Shown here: piece by piece, positions 1 to 7,620 of the stretch
Position numbering within the stretch: position 1 is the stretch's first letter
Layout of the letters: each line of letters begins with the position of its first letter
Origin: a virus
Taxonomy: Duplodnaviria; Caudoviricetes
Length of the DNA: 57,780 nt
Direction: 5' to 3' (one strand)
IMG/VR virus record: IMGVR_UViG_3300032308_000478
Coordinates: 1-57,780 of that record
Translations under genes and position numbers: made by a program
Notes under the pieces: model-generated
Database searches by the model: none
Seen by the model: only the letters and a program-made list of their open reading frames with translations
Told to the model about the DNA's origin: nothing

Positions 1-123
1 CAATGAACTTTTCTTATTCATTAGTCTGGTGGCGTGCATCTTGACGCCATGAAGAATAGTTGTGTGATCCCATCCGCCTGTGTTCTGTGCGATCCATGGA
101 TAGCTCATCCCATGAGCCCTCAA
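1..123. repeat. Terminal direct repeat, left copy (circular assembly overlap)
   Basis: 1-123 is identical to 57658-57780, and an ORF reads in frame through the join. Confidence 0.95.
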
Positions 124-258
124 CATATACCACACATACTGTCGAGGAAGTGTGTATTGCTTCTGCCTTGATCTATTGGTTAGCATGTCTGCGTTGAAGT
201 AAGGGAAGAAAAGTCTGGCCCTATCAAGTATGCGTTTCAAGATAGGGCCAGACGACAT
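1..258 (-). CDS. DnaA domain IV (Bac_DnaA_C)-like DNA-binding protein, 5' part (continues across the circular junction to 57382; 177 aa total)
   Basis: ATG at 258 overlaps the upstream TAA. Translation MSSGPILKRILDRARLFF..SRQKQYTLPRQYVWYMLRAHGMSYPWIAQNTGGWDHTTILHGV matches the DnaA signature (PRQIAMYL..SLPEIG..FGGRDHTTVLHA). Confidence 0.88.
   Translation of the reverse strand, partial: MSSGPILKRILDRARLFFPYFNADMLTNRSRQKQYTLPRQYVWYMLRAHGMSYPWIAQNTGGWDHTTILHGVKMHATRLMNKKSSL
206..253 (-). terminator. Intrinsic terminator/attenuator-like hairpin inside the start of the DnaA-C gene
   Basis: Perfect 13-bp inverted repeat GTCTGGCCCTATC (213-225) / GATAGGGCCAGAC (241-253), followed on the minus strand by TTTTCTT. 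Confidence 0.6.
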
Positions 259-455
259 TAGTTATTTCCGTGGTGCTTATGCCATGCTTCTGCAATTAAT
301 CGGGACGAAGATCCACTGCGCAACCATGCATCGCATGCTGCGGTTTTCTCTGACGTCCTGATGCCTCTGAATATACAGGGTCCTTTCCACACCCTGTCAA
401 TGCCTTTCTTGTCGGCGCTGAAGAAAGTACACTCACCGCACCGTCTGTCGTTCAT
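258..455 (-). CDS. Small Cys-rich hypothetical protein (CxxC...C...C)
   Basis: 65-aa ORF translationally coupled to both neighbours. Confidence 0.7.
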   Translation of the reverse strand: MNDRRCGECTFFSADKKGIDRVWKGPCIFRGIRTSEKTAACDAWLRSGSSSRLIAEAWHKHHGNN

Positions 456-1159
456 ACCCGTGTGCCTGCTGCAGTCATGACAAGCTGAGCAAATGCGTCT
501 GTATCTAGGTTACTTACAACAGGCATAGTATCCCCAGTCGCTTTCGGCTCAGAAGGTGTACGCTTCTTACGCTCCACCACCTCGGCCAGCTTCGCTTTGT
601 ATTCGGGAGGGACAAACGCAGTCATCGAAGGCATGGCAATCAGCGCCTTGTTAAGCGATGGCTGTCCCTCCATGAATGTCCGAAGCGTCCGCTGCATGGT
701 GGTTGTTTCTGTTTTATACTTCTGTATTGCAAGTCCATAGGCCAGCACATTATCGTAGTCGTCATTGATGGCATCGTCCGTACACACTGCCCCAGCTATA
801 AATTGTATTGTATTCTGGCTCACGTTGAACGGACCGATCTTCTCTGGCTTCCACGATGAGTAAGCCATGGGATAGAGCTTCTTGTTGAAGCCGCTCTCCA
901 TGTCGGAGTCATACAGAACAGTGCTGTGTCCTGCGCTCTGTATCTGGAAGTTAATCGTCTTGAGCGGTTCAGGACGCAGTCTTGATGGCAAGTTCTCGAT
1001 TAGTTTAATGATGTCCTTAGGCATCACGTAGTCATAGATGCAGCGCATCGACAAGGCAGGACGCGCGTTGATCAGGCTGTCCTCCTCAGGTCTGCGGATA
1101 GTCCCAAGGCGGAAGATCATGCCCTTGATGAGGTCGTCGGTAATGCGAACGGTAGCCAT
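452..1159 (-). CDS. Hypothetical protein, possibly Nmad5-like
   Basis: Likely start MATVRIT at 1159 after GGGG RBS. C-terminal SLNKALIAMP..FVP resembles Nmad5 family ends (from memory). Confidence 0.6.
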   Translation of the reverse strand: MATVRITDDLIKGMIFRLGTIRRPEEDSLINARPALSMRCIYDYVMPKDIIKLIENLPSRLRPEPLKTINFQIQSAGHSTVLYDSDMESGFNKKLYPMAYSSWKPEKIGPFNVSQNTIQFIAGAVCTDDAINDDYDNVLAYGLAIQKYKTETTTMQRTLRTFMEGQPSLNKALIAMPSMTAFVPPEYKAKLAEVVERKKRTPSEPKATGDTMPVVSNLDTDAFAQLVMTAAGTRV

Positions 1160-1173
1160 GTGTAGTCCCCTTA

Positions 1174-2322
1174 TTACTTGATGTGGATGGTCCGGCCCCA
1201 AGGGGCCTGTTGTGTAGTCGTCGAAGCCCACAGCACAGGATATGCTGGCTGTACGCCGTAGTCGTGGCACTCAAGGTCAGTCAGGACAACGCAGCAGACA
1301 GGGTCGAGACCCATGTCATCGATGCGCTTGAAGATCGGCGAGAACGCCGTGCCTCCCGTCTCGTTGATGCTGATGGAGATATCATCAGCGTTATCGTAAG
1401 TGTCCACCCGGAAGACAGTCGTGTGGAAGTATGCAAGATGTATAAGCTTAGGCTGTACGTCACGGCACAACTCAGTCACGTGTGCCATGAACATGTTAAG
1501 TGTCTCAGGGTTGATGGATCCTGAACAGTCAACAGCGATGACAATCTCACCCACAATCTGAGAGTAGGTAGATGGCCTGTACATACCAGCTGCAGCCATA
1601 CGCCGGGAAGGGCGCGACCATGTACGCTGGTCACCCGTTGTAGTCCGTGTCATCCAGTCAGTCATAAGTGTACGCCAGTCAGGCGGTGTCACCACTGCCT
1701 GCTCGACAAGGCGCTGCATTGTGTCAGACATCTTGCCTGCTTGCTTAGCCGCATTGAGAGCCTGTGTCAGCAACGGCTTCCACTTACTCTCCATCGCGCC
1801 GTCAGTCACATCATCAGCTGGCTCCATCGAGTCCATCTGCTCATGCCCACCGCCACCGCAACTGCCATCGTCTGGCGGTAACAGGTCGTAGATCTGCTCG
1901 ACTACGCCACCGCCCTTACGAAACAAGTCAGGGTCAATGACGCCACCGTCAGGCATACGTCCGATCTTGTCCTTGGTCAGGTAGTCGTTGACCACGATGT
2001 CACATGCAATGTTCCACCGCTCAGGCTCACGTCCCTGCAGCCTGCCGATATGGTCAAGCATAGGGTGCATGCACTCATGGGCTACTAGGAACAGCATCTC
2101 GTCCTTAGTGAGGGACGCGACGAACTCAGGGTGATACCGCACAATGAGACCGTTGACACACGCAGTAGGTGGGTCAATCCGGTCATCGAGTACGTGGTCC
2201 ATGCCAAAAGAAAGCACCCCAAAGAAGGGGTGCTCCAGTGTAAGTATACTACGTGTCCGACTGATAAGCTGATCGAAGTCAGCCTGTGTTATGCGCTTGG
2301 TCTTGGTCTGGCCTCTCATCAT
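1174..2322 (-). CDS. Zincin metallopeptidase + vWA domain protein (DUF2201-like)
   Basis: HECMH zinc motif, WNIACD motif, MIDAS DCSGS, GGT and TD motifs. Confidence 0.9.
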   Translation of the reverse strand: MMRGQTKTKRITQADFDQLISRTRSILTLEHPFFGVLSFGMDHVLDDRIDPPTACVNGLIVRYHPEFVASLTKDEMLFLVAHECMHPMLDHIGRLQGREPERWNIACDIVVNDYLTKDKIGRMPDGGVIDPDLFRKGGGVVEQIYDLLPPDDGSCGGGGHEQMDSMEPADDVTDGAMESKWKPLLTQALNAAKQAGKMSDTMQRLVEQAVVTPPDWRTLMTDWMTRTTTGDQRTWSRPSRRMAAAGMYRPSTYSQIVGEIVIAVDCSGSINPETLNMFMAHVTELCRDVQPKLIHLAYFHTTVFRVDTYDNADDISISINETGGTAFSPIFKRIDDMGLDPVCCVVLTDLECHDYGVQPAYPVLWASTTTQQAPWGRTIHIK

Positions 2323-3218
2323 ACGCCTCCCATGAATGTAGCCATTGCGTCCAGTATGTTGTTAGCTTCCGCCTTCGTCCTGCCCCGGAAGTCAGGGTCG
2401 GCCTTGAGCGCCTCAGTCTCCAGTGTGCCAAGACTGTCAGCCACACGTTGTGTCATGGCCTCAAGGTCCGGGTCCCCTGTAATGTTAAGTCTAGGTAGCA
2501 GCTCACACAGCTCACGAATGTTATCGATAGTGCTCTCGTGAAGCCGTGCCTTAGTCTTGCCGTCCTGCTCGGCGCTGTCATCCAGTGCCTGCAACTTGTC
2601 GGCCATATGCTTGACCTTGTCATACAGCCTCTGCCACACCTCCCTCATGGCCTGCTGCATACTGGCCTCAGTACGTGAGACAACGTCAGCCTTGATCTGG
2701 GCTAGCTCATCGTCGCCAAGCTGCACCCTGAAGTCATCAGTCGGGATAGGTGACATCTCCACACTGCAAGCGAACTTACTGCGCAGTGCACCGACATCAG
2801 GGTAGTCCTCCTCCTTGTAGAGACCGTTAGGCAGGAACAGCTTGGCCTCCTCCCTGAGGCGAGGATAAGCCTGCAGGAACCGCTCAACCATGGCATCACG
2901 TTCTGCCATCAGTTTACGGAACTCAGTGGTGAACTTGAGATAGTTCCCCACCGGAAGCAGTCTCGTGCCATCGACTGTGCCCCATGCCATGGTGTTCTGG
3001 TAGACCATCTGGCGAAGGGTAGATGTCATGGCGTGGACATCTTCTAGGTAACCTGTAGCAGGCAGCAGTGCCTTGGTATAACGTCCGACACTGGCATCAG
3101 CGTGATGCTGACTGGCCACCTGCTTGGTCACCTGCTTATCGTGCTTACGTCCTGCCCACTGGCTGATCTTGAGCGTCAGCAGCAAGGCTCTGTCATTGAG
3201 TTTCATCGTATTCTCCAC
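2319..3218 (-). CDS. DUF3150-like helical protein
   Basis: 299-aa ORF lying between AAA and vWA genes. W.G.K, YP and F motifs are typical of the family (recognised by eye). Confidence 0.65.
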   Translation of the reverse strand: MENTMKLNDRALLLTLKISQWAGRKHDKQVTKQVASQHHADASVGRYTKALLPATGYLEDVHAMTSTLRQMVYQNTMAWGTVDGTRLLPVGNYLKFTTEFRKLMAERDAMVERFLQAYPRLREEAKLFLPNGLYKEEDYPDVGALRSKFACSVEMSPIPTDDFRVQLGDDELAQIKADVVSRTEASMQQAMREVWQRLYDKVKHMADKLQALDDSAEQDGKTKARLHESTIDNIRELCELLPRLNITGDPDLEAMTQRVADSLGTLETEALKADPDFRGRTKAEANNILDAMATFMGGV

Positions 3219-3234
3219 TCTTGTGTGTGTTAAG

Positions 3235-3423
3235 TTAGTTTATAGTACCGCAGTCCGGACAGTCAGGGTCGCCGCAGCTGCCCTGTAGCAGTGAGTCAAT
3301 TGAATCACTGGCGTGAGTATCTGTACCGCATTCAGGGCATACATCGTCACAGGCACAGCACCATTCATCACGCCAGCTTTCACCACATACTGTGCAGTGA
3401 TAAGTAACTACCAGCCAAGTCAT
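3235..3423 (-). CDS. Small Cys-rich zinc-binding protein
   Basis: 62 aa with 10 Cys (CTVC, CCAC, CPEC, CPDC); GGGGG RBS. Confidence 0.7.
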   Translation of the reverse strand: MTWLVVTYHCTVCGESWRDEWCCACDDVCPECGTDTHASDSIDSLLQGSCGDPDCPDCGTIN

Positions 3424-3432
3424 GAGCGCCCC

Positions 3433-4530
3433 CTAGAACATCATGGACTGGTTACGCATGAAGAACTCAGGCAGTCCCGGAAAGGATGCCGCCTTGAGGT
3501 CCTTACGCTTGAGCATGCTGGATACAGTGATGACACCGAACTCAGCACGTCCGACACTGGCGAACCGGTTGACATACCGCAGTATCTGACCGGCCTTGAA
3601 CTGTGCATCCTGCAGTGTATCCGCCCTGACAACGATCGAACTCAGAGCGCCAGAGAGCGCATAGAGGGTCGCTGTGTCAGTCGGAATGTCTGCAGTGTCA
3701 GGCTTGAGGATAATATCTGCAGGGTTAGTCAGGCTCCTAGCAATACGCAGGAAGCCCACGAACTCAGCAGCAGCGCCTTCACCCACAGCACCACAGAACA
3801 ACTCATGCTCAGCCTCGGCAGGCACAACACCGATAAGCGGTGCGACACCTTCAGCCCATGAACGCGGGGTAGGTGAAGCTGGCTTGTCAGCATCGAAGGC
3901 ATGGAGCAACTCAGGCCTGTAACGCAGGAAACTCACCACATAAGGATGAATGTCCGACGCCTCGGCATAAGCGATCCAGTCCTTGAGGCTGGTCTCGAAC
4001 GCCACCACTGACTCACGGTTACGCAAGTGACTGAGCACCCTGCCAGCGCCAGCCTTGTCCTGCTGACGGTTACCCGTCGAGACAACCTGCCAGCCCGGCT
4101 TGAGCATGACACCGTGAAGCGTCCTTGCTTGGATGATATTGGCCAGAACCTTCTGAATGTCGGCGCTGGCTTGGTTACGGTCGTCGAAGCACAGTATGCC
4201 CTGCTCAGGGATATCGGTCCTGTGTATGGCAGGGAACCACTCGAACAGGCGGTAAGCGATAGTCTCGCCACCGGTCAGCATGTCAGGTATGCCGAAGTCA
4301 TCGACAGTCTTGGTAGGCAGGTGCACCTCGCTGTAACCAATGGCGTTAGTCTGCCCTGTGTATACAACAATGGATCCTACCATGTGCTCGACAGGGTCTA
4401 ACCCTGCCATAGTACGGGCAGTCTGTCTCACGACAGAAGTCTTACCCCCACCGGGAGCGCCTTCGATGCACAGTGACCGCTTGATCTTGTGCAAGGCAAT
4501 AAGGGTCGTTGCCAGCAATGAAGCTTGCAT
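3433..4530 (-). CDS. MoxR-like AAA+ ATPase
   Basis: Walker A GAPGGGKT, Walker B ILCFDD, sensor TGN, LRNR arginine finger, TPRSW. Confidence 0.9.
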   Translation of the reverse strand: MQASLLATTLIALHKIKRSLCIEGAPGGGKTSVVRQTARTMAGLDPVEHMVGSIVVYTGQTNAIGYSEVHLPTKTVDDFGIPDMLTGGETIAYRLFEWFPAIHRTDIPEQGILCFDDRNQASADIQKVLANIIQARTLHGVMLKPGWQVVSTGNRQQDKAGAGRVLSHLRNRESVVAFETSLKDWIAYAEASDIHPYVVSFLRYRPELLHAFDADKPASPTPRSWAEGVAPLIGVVPAEAEHELFCGAVGEGAAAEFVGFLRIARSLTNPADIILKPDTADIPTDTATLYALSGALSSIVVRADTLQDAQFKAGQILRYVNRFASVGRAEFGVITVSSMLKRKDLKAASFPGLPEFFMRNQSMMF

Positions 4531-4600
4531 AGGTATCTCCTTCAGTTTTCCAGAGTTTGATGTGTGTAGTTAGTTAGGCCGTAGTCCCGGGTACACGCTG

Positions 4601-4822
4601 CTATGCAGTTGTACCTGTCCGATACCGCTTGTGGTCCGGGCCGATACTTACCACGAGGGTCTCTCCTGCACTCAGTGCGTTGAGAGTATCACGCTTACGC
4701 TTGGCCTTCTCCTTGGTGGAGAAGTAGAGCGCCGTGGGTGTGTCGCTCTGTGTGGTGTTGATCCTGTACAGCCTGCCAGAAGCGTAGCGAAGCATGTACA
4801 GACGTTTCTCGTTCTCTTTCAT
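4601..4822 (-). CDS. Small basic hypothetical protein
   Basis: 73-aa ORF with GGAG RBS. Confidence 0.7.
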   Translation of the reverse strand: MKENEKRLYMLRYASGRLYRINTTQSDTPTALYFSTKEKAKRKRDTLNALSAGETLVVSIGPDHKRYRTGTTA

Positions 4823-4845
4823 GATATACTCCAGAGGTGTTATAC

Positions 4846-4917
4846 ACTGATGGACTCATCAGATGGCGCATAACGCCATGAGCGTCTCACGACGCTTTCG
4901 TCCTGTGTCAGTTATGG
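4846..4917 (-). ncRNA. Type II hammerhead ribozyme
   Basis: Minus strand: GGAC-GAAA-GCGUC(GUGA)GACGC-UC^-AUGGCG(UUAUG)CGCCAU-CUGAUGA-GUCC. All core nucleotides and three helices are present; intergenic. Confidence 0.92.
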
Positions 4918-5016
4918 CTTATCCCATACCGCAATCACCACCGTCACGAAGACGATGATGAACACTGCCGCAATGGACAGCCAGAAGGATTCGTGCTCTT
5001 CACTTTCCATGGTCAT
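4912..5016 (-). CDS. Small single-TM membrane peptide (34 aa; not in ORF track)
   Basis: MTMESEEHESFWLSIAAVFIIVFVTVVIAVWDKP; ATGA overlap with the upstream gene; GGGGAG RBS. Confidence 0.65.
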   Translation of the reverse strand: MTMESEEHESFWLSIAAVFIIVFVTVVIAVWDKP

Positions 5017-5210
5017 GACTCCCCTACGCAGTAAACGACTTCCTCAGGTGTCATCGTTGAAACCAGCTTATCCAGTTGCTCTTCAGCTTGGTCAATGAGC
5101 ATCCGATACAGGTCCACAAGAGGTTCACTGTCTTCAAGGCTGTATACCTCCCATAAGCAGTCGATCTTATCGTGCAGTTTCTTGTACTTCTCTATGCTAT
5201 CCATGTTCAT
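5013..5210 (-). CDS. Small acidic early protein
   Basis: Likely start MNMDS at 5210 (ATGA overlap). Confidence 0.7.
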   Translation of the reverse strand: MNMDSIEKYKKLHDKIDCLWEVYSLEDSEPLVDLYRMLIDQAEEQLDKLVSTMTPEEVVYCVGES

Positions 5211-5428
5211 AGGCCTTTCCTTTCTTCGTCCCACAGTTCACACAGGATCTCACTGTATTCGACTTCTTCCTGCGTAAAGCTTTCGATCAGGTCCCAGTTA
5301 GTGTCCATCATGTAGTTGAAATGGTCGAGAACCATGACGTTCTTGGTCCTGTTATAGATACCAATAAGCTTCTCTGCCCTCTCGAAGTTGGCGATGAAGG
5401 TGGTGATCTTGCTGTAATCAATGCTCAT
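5207..5428 (-). CDS. Small acidic early protein
   Basis: 73 aa, GGAGG RBS. Confidence 0.75.
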   Translation of the reverse strand: MSIDYSKITTFIANFERAEKLIGIYNRTKNVMVLDHFNYMMDTNWDLIESFTQEEVEYSEILCELWDEERKGL

Positions 5429-5440
5429 AGTCTGTCCTCC

Positions 5441-5737
5441 CTAAATGGCCTGATAGAACTTACGGCCATAGGAACGTGGTTTCCTGCGGCCTTGCCGTAC
5501 GCTCTGCTCAACTTGCTGGTTATAGATACGAAGGCTGTACTCCAGCTGCTTGGCTAGGGTAACAGCGGCCTCAAGGGTGTATACATATTCAGGGGGAGCA
5601 AGCGATATACAGCCATCAGGTGGTATATACTCGACGTTATAGCCGCCATCAGCGACAGGTGTAATCGACACATTGGCCGAATACTTTACAGCAAATGCTA
5701 AGTTAGACATAGGTTCCTCCTGCTTTACAGCATTCAT
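5441..5737 (-). CDS. Early hypothetical protein
   Basis: 98-aa ORF. An alternative start MSNL follows an AGGAGG RBS. Confidence 0.7.
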   Translation of the reverse strand: MNAVKQEEPMSNLAFAVKYSANVSITPVADGGYNVEYIPPDGCISLAPPEYVYTLEAAVTLAKQLEYSLRIYNQQVEQSVRQGRRKPRSYGRKFYQAI

Positions 5738-5776
5738 TGGTACTTAAATCGGGACGCAATTCGCCCCGACCCCAAG

Positions 5777-5805
5777 AGACTGCCACGGATCGGAGCCGCT
5801 GTCCA
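5777..5805 (-). promoter_or_regulatory. Early sigma70-type promoter P3
   Basis: TGGACA-N17-CAGTCT followed by a hairpin (TCGGGGCG..CGTCCCGA); same layout as P1 and P2. Confidence 0.55.
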
Positions 5806-5829
5806 TGTGGCAGATTGTCGCACCCCCGG

Positions 5830-6405
5830 CGAGACTTAACATTATTCACTGCATAAAACGCAGTTTATGTAATGACTTACATAAAACACGACGAAATATA
5901 GAGACAAAGGGTGAACATACGATATTAAATCGGATAACTTTACACATAATCCACGGGATGAGGCAGAAAAAGGGGCGCGAGGTAACTTAAATGTATCGGA
6001 GAACTGACGTAGAATCAATGGGTTAGCGCCAACAATCTAAATAAGGTAAGTTTTTCGAGGTAATGTGGGGGTAAACGGGTAGGGGGGTATAGTCCCTGCT
6101 GAGTGTAGGGTTATTCCGCAAACTGTAGTGAACCTGACTAAAAAAACGTACCTTTTTTACCTTATTTATATTAAAGTTATAACTTAACTATATATATAAC
6201 CCTTATTTTCCTGCATATCCCGTGGTTTTCCCGCTTTACACGCGTAAAGTTAGCGAGGCAAATTAAAGTTATTTGAAATAGGATTTTGATAGATTAAAGT
6301 TAGTCGAGATAGATTAAAGTTACCACCCTATACTTTACATTAGTAATGTTAAGTTATATCATTAAGTTAACGCGCGCGATTTATGCGAGCTATAACCCCC
6401 CGACG
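5830..6405. other. Putative replication origin: AT-rich region with iterons and an IHF site
   Basis: No credible ORF. T(A/T)AAGTTA repeats at 6172, 6245, 6264, 6295, 6315, 6349, 6362 and inverted at 5935, 5983, 6180. AATCAATGGGTTA (IHF consensus WATCAAN4TTR) at 6013-6025. Confidence 0.6.
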
Positions 6406-6434
6406 TATGGTCCTACTATACAAAAACAAAAGGC

Positions 6435-6465
6435 AAAAAGAAAAGGCCCGGATTTCTCCGAGCCT
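6435..6465 (-). terminator. Intrinsic terminator
   Basis: AGGCUCGGA-GAAA-UCCGGGCCU followed by UUUCUUUUUG. Confidence 0.8.
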
Positions 6466-6475
6466 CTCCAGTCTA

Positions 6476-6667
6476 TTAGTTTTTCCACCAAGCGATCATC
6501 AGCGCCGTGTCAGTCTTTGGTTCCTGTCGGACTACTCGCCAGACCGTTGGGTCGGGCATCTGAGCGAGGACCGCTAGCGCGTGGGCCTCTGTGGTGAAGT
6601 ACTCTGCGGTTCGCCATGCCTCTGGCTTGCCAGCGTCGGCGATGTTCGTCTGTAGTACGTAGGTCAT
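6476..6667 (-). CDS. Early hypothetical protein
   Basis: Likely start MTYVLQ at 6667 after AAGGG RBS. Confidence 0.65.
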   Translation of the reverse strand: MTYVLQTNIADAGKPEAWRTAEYFTTEAHALAVLAQMPDPTVWRVVRQEPKTDTALMIAWWKN

Positions 6668-6693
6668 ATGTGTTCCCTTTTGTTGAGAGGAGT

Positions 6694-6717
6694 GGGCTCC
6701 CGGGAAACCGGGAGCCC
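6694..6717. other. Intergenic hairpin
   Basis: GGGCTCCCGG-GAAA-CCGGGAGCCC, perfect 10-bp stem. Confidence 0.7.
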
Positions 6718-6729
6718 GTAGTCCTAGAC

Positions 6730-7008
6730 CTACCAAACGTTGCGAGGCTTGTTCGCAACTTGTTCGGATCTCGTGAAGCTGACGTTGTTACGCCGCACCT
6801 TGAGATTGACCGGGAAGCCTACACGCTTCTCGATTGCAGCCTTGAGCCTCTCATGCCCTTCCGTTGTCATCCGGAAGGCGGTCGAGGCTTCCTCGTTCTG
6901 GATATCGCCAGCGAAAAGAGTATACCAACCCTTCTCGTTCGGCACCCATCCTGATGAAGAACCTTCGTTCTTCTGGAAAGCCTGAGTCTGCTTTGTGGCT
7001 TTAGCCAT
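6730..7008 (-). CDS. Early basic hypothetical protein
   Basis: 92 aa, AAGGAG RBS. Confidence 0.8.
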   Translation of the reverse strand: MAKATKQTQAFQKNEGSSSGWVPNEKGWYTLFAGDIQNEEASTAFRMTTEGHERLKAAIEKRVGFPVNLKVRRNNVSFTRSEQVANKPRNVW

Positions 7009-7025
7009 GGTAGTTCTCCTTCACA

Positions 7026-7054
7026 GGGTCCGGCCCTCGCGGGGTCCGGCCCTC
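7026..7054. repeat. 13-bp direct repeat in an early leader
   Basis: GGGTCCGGCCCTC at 7026-7038 and 7042-7054. Confidence 0.85.
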
Positions 7055-7133
7055 AGAATGCCGGGAAAGCGCCCGGCGCGCATCACAATGTCAAACATCT
7101 GTAGTCCGGTCGGGTTCGTTTCCGACCGTGAGT

Positions 7134-7167
7134 AGACTATGACAGACACAGGTTAATGTCAAGTTAA
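7134..7167 (-). promoter_or_regulatory. Early promoter P2 with an overlapping CtrA-type box
   Basis: TTGACA(7162-7157)-N17-TAGTCT(7139-7134); TTAA-CTTGACA-TTAAC at 7167-7152. Confidence 0.75.
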
Positions 7168-7305
7168 TCGAACGATTGTTCGAACAAATGCGCAAGGCCT
7201 ATCCTCTTCTGCAGCGCGTGGGATCGCGGGCGTGCCGACCGATCCGAAGGCGTAGCGCTCTAACCCCCCGACTGGATAAGGTATTATACGAGAAAAAAAT
7301 AAGAC

Positions 7306-7339
7306 AAAAAAAGAAGCTCCGAGTTTCCCCGGAGCTTCT
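7306..7339 (-). terminator. Intrinsic terminator
   Basis: AGAAGCUCCG..CGGAGCUUCU stem followed by a U tract. Confidence 0.85.
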
Positions 7340-7349
7340 CAGTCCTAGT

Positions 7350-7565
7350 CTAGGGCGTCAGTGTGTTCCGCTCCTTGACCAACCAGTCCGTCATGCCTGC
7401 CTTGGTGCGTTCCTCTACTCTCCACCATCTCTTCGGCCTGCTACCGAGTGCGAGATCCTTGGCGATCTGGGTCTGTCTTATGCGTTCTGCCGTTTCCGGC
7501 GAGTCAGCGTAGGACCACACAACCCAAGACCAATCCGCATCGATGTAACCAACGACGTAACCCAT
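7350..7565 (-). CDS. First early gene, hypothetical
   Basis: Likely start MGYVVG at 7565 after GGAAGG; ends just before a terminator. Confidence 0.65.
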   Translation of the reverse strand: MGYVVGYIDADWSWVVWSYADSPETAERIRQTQIAKDLALGSRPKRWWRVEERTKAGMTDWLVKERNTLTP

Positions 7566-7620
7566 CGTGTAACCTTCCATGTCAAACAACTGCGGAGGGG
7601 GGGTCCCCAACCGCAAAAAC

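Noticed and set aside
6327-6354. dif-like site (TAATGTTAAGT resembles the XerD arm)
   Set aside because: There is no XerC arm at 6-bp spacing here or at 5834; better explained as an iteron
6171-6370. CtrA boxes in the AT-rich island
   Set aside because: TTAA pairs are spaced by 9 nt, not 7
6245-6370. CRISPR-like array
   Set aside because: Repeats are only 8-15 bp with short irregular spacers. The Cas4-like gene is an ordinary phage replication nuclease
7170-7185. Alphaproteobacterial LexA box GAAC-N7-GAAC
   Set aside because: The spacer is 8 nt, not 7
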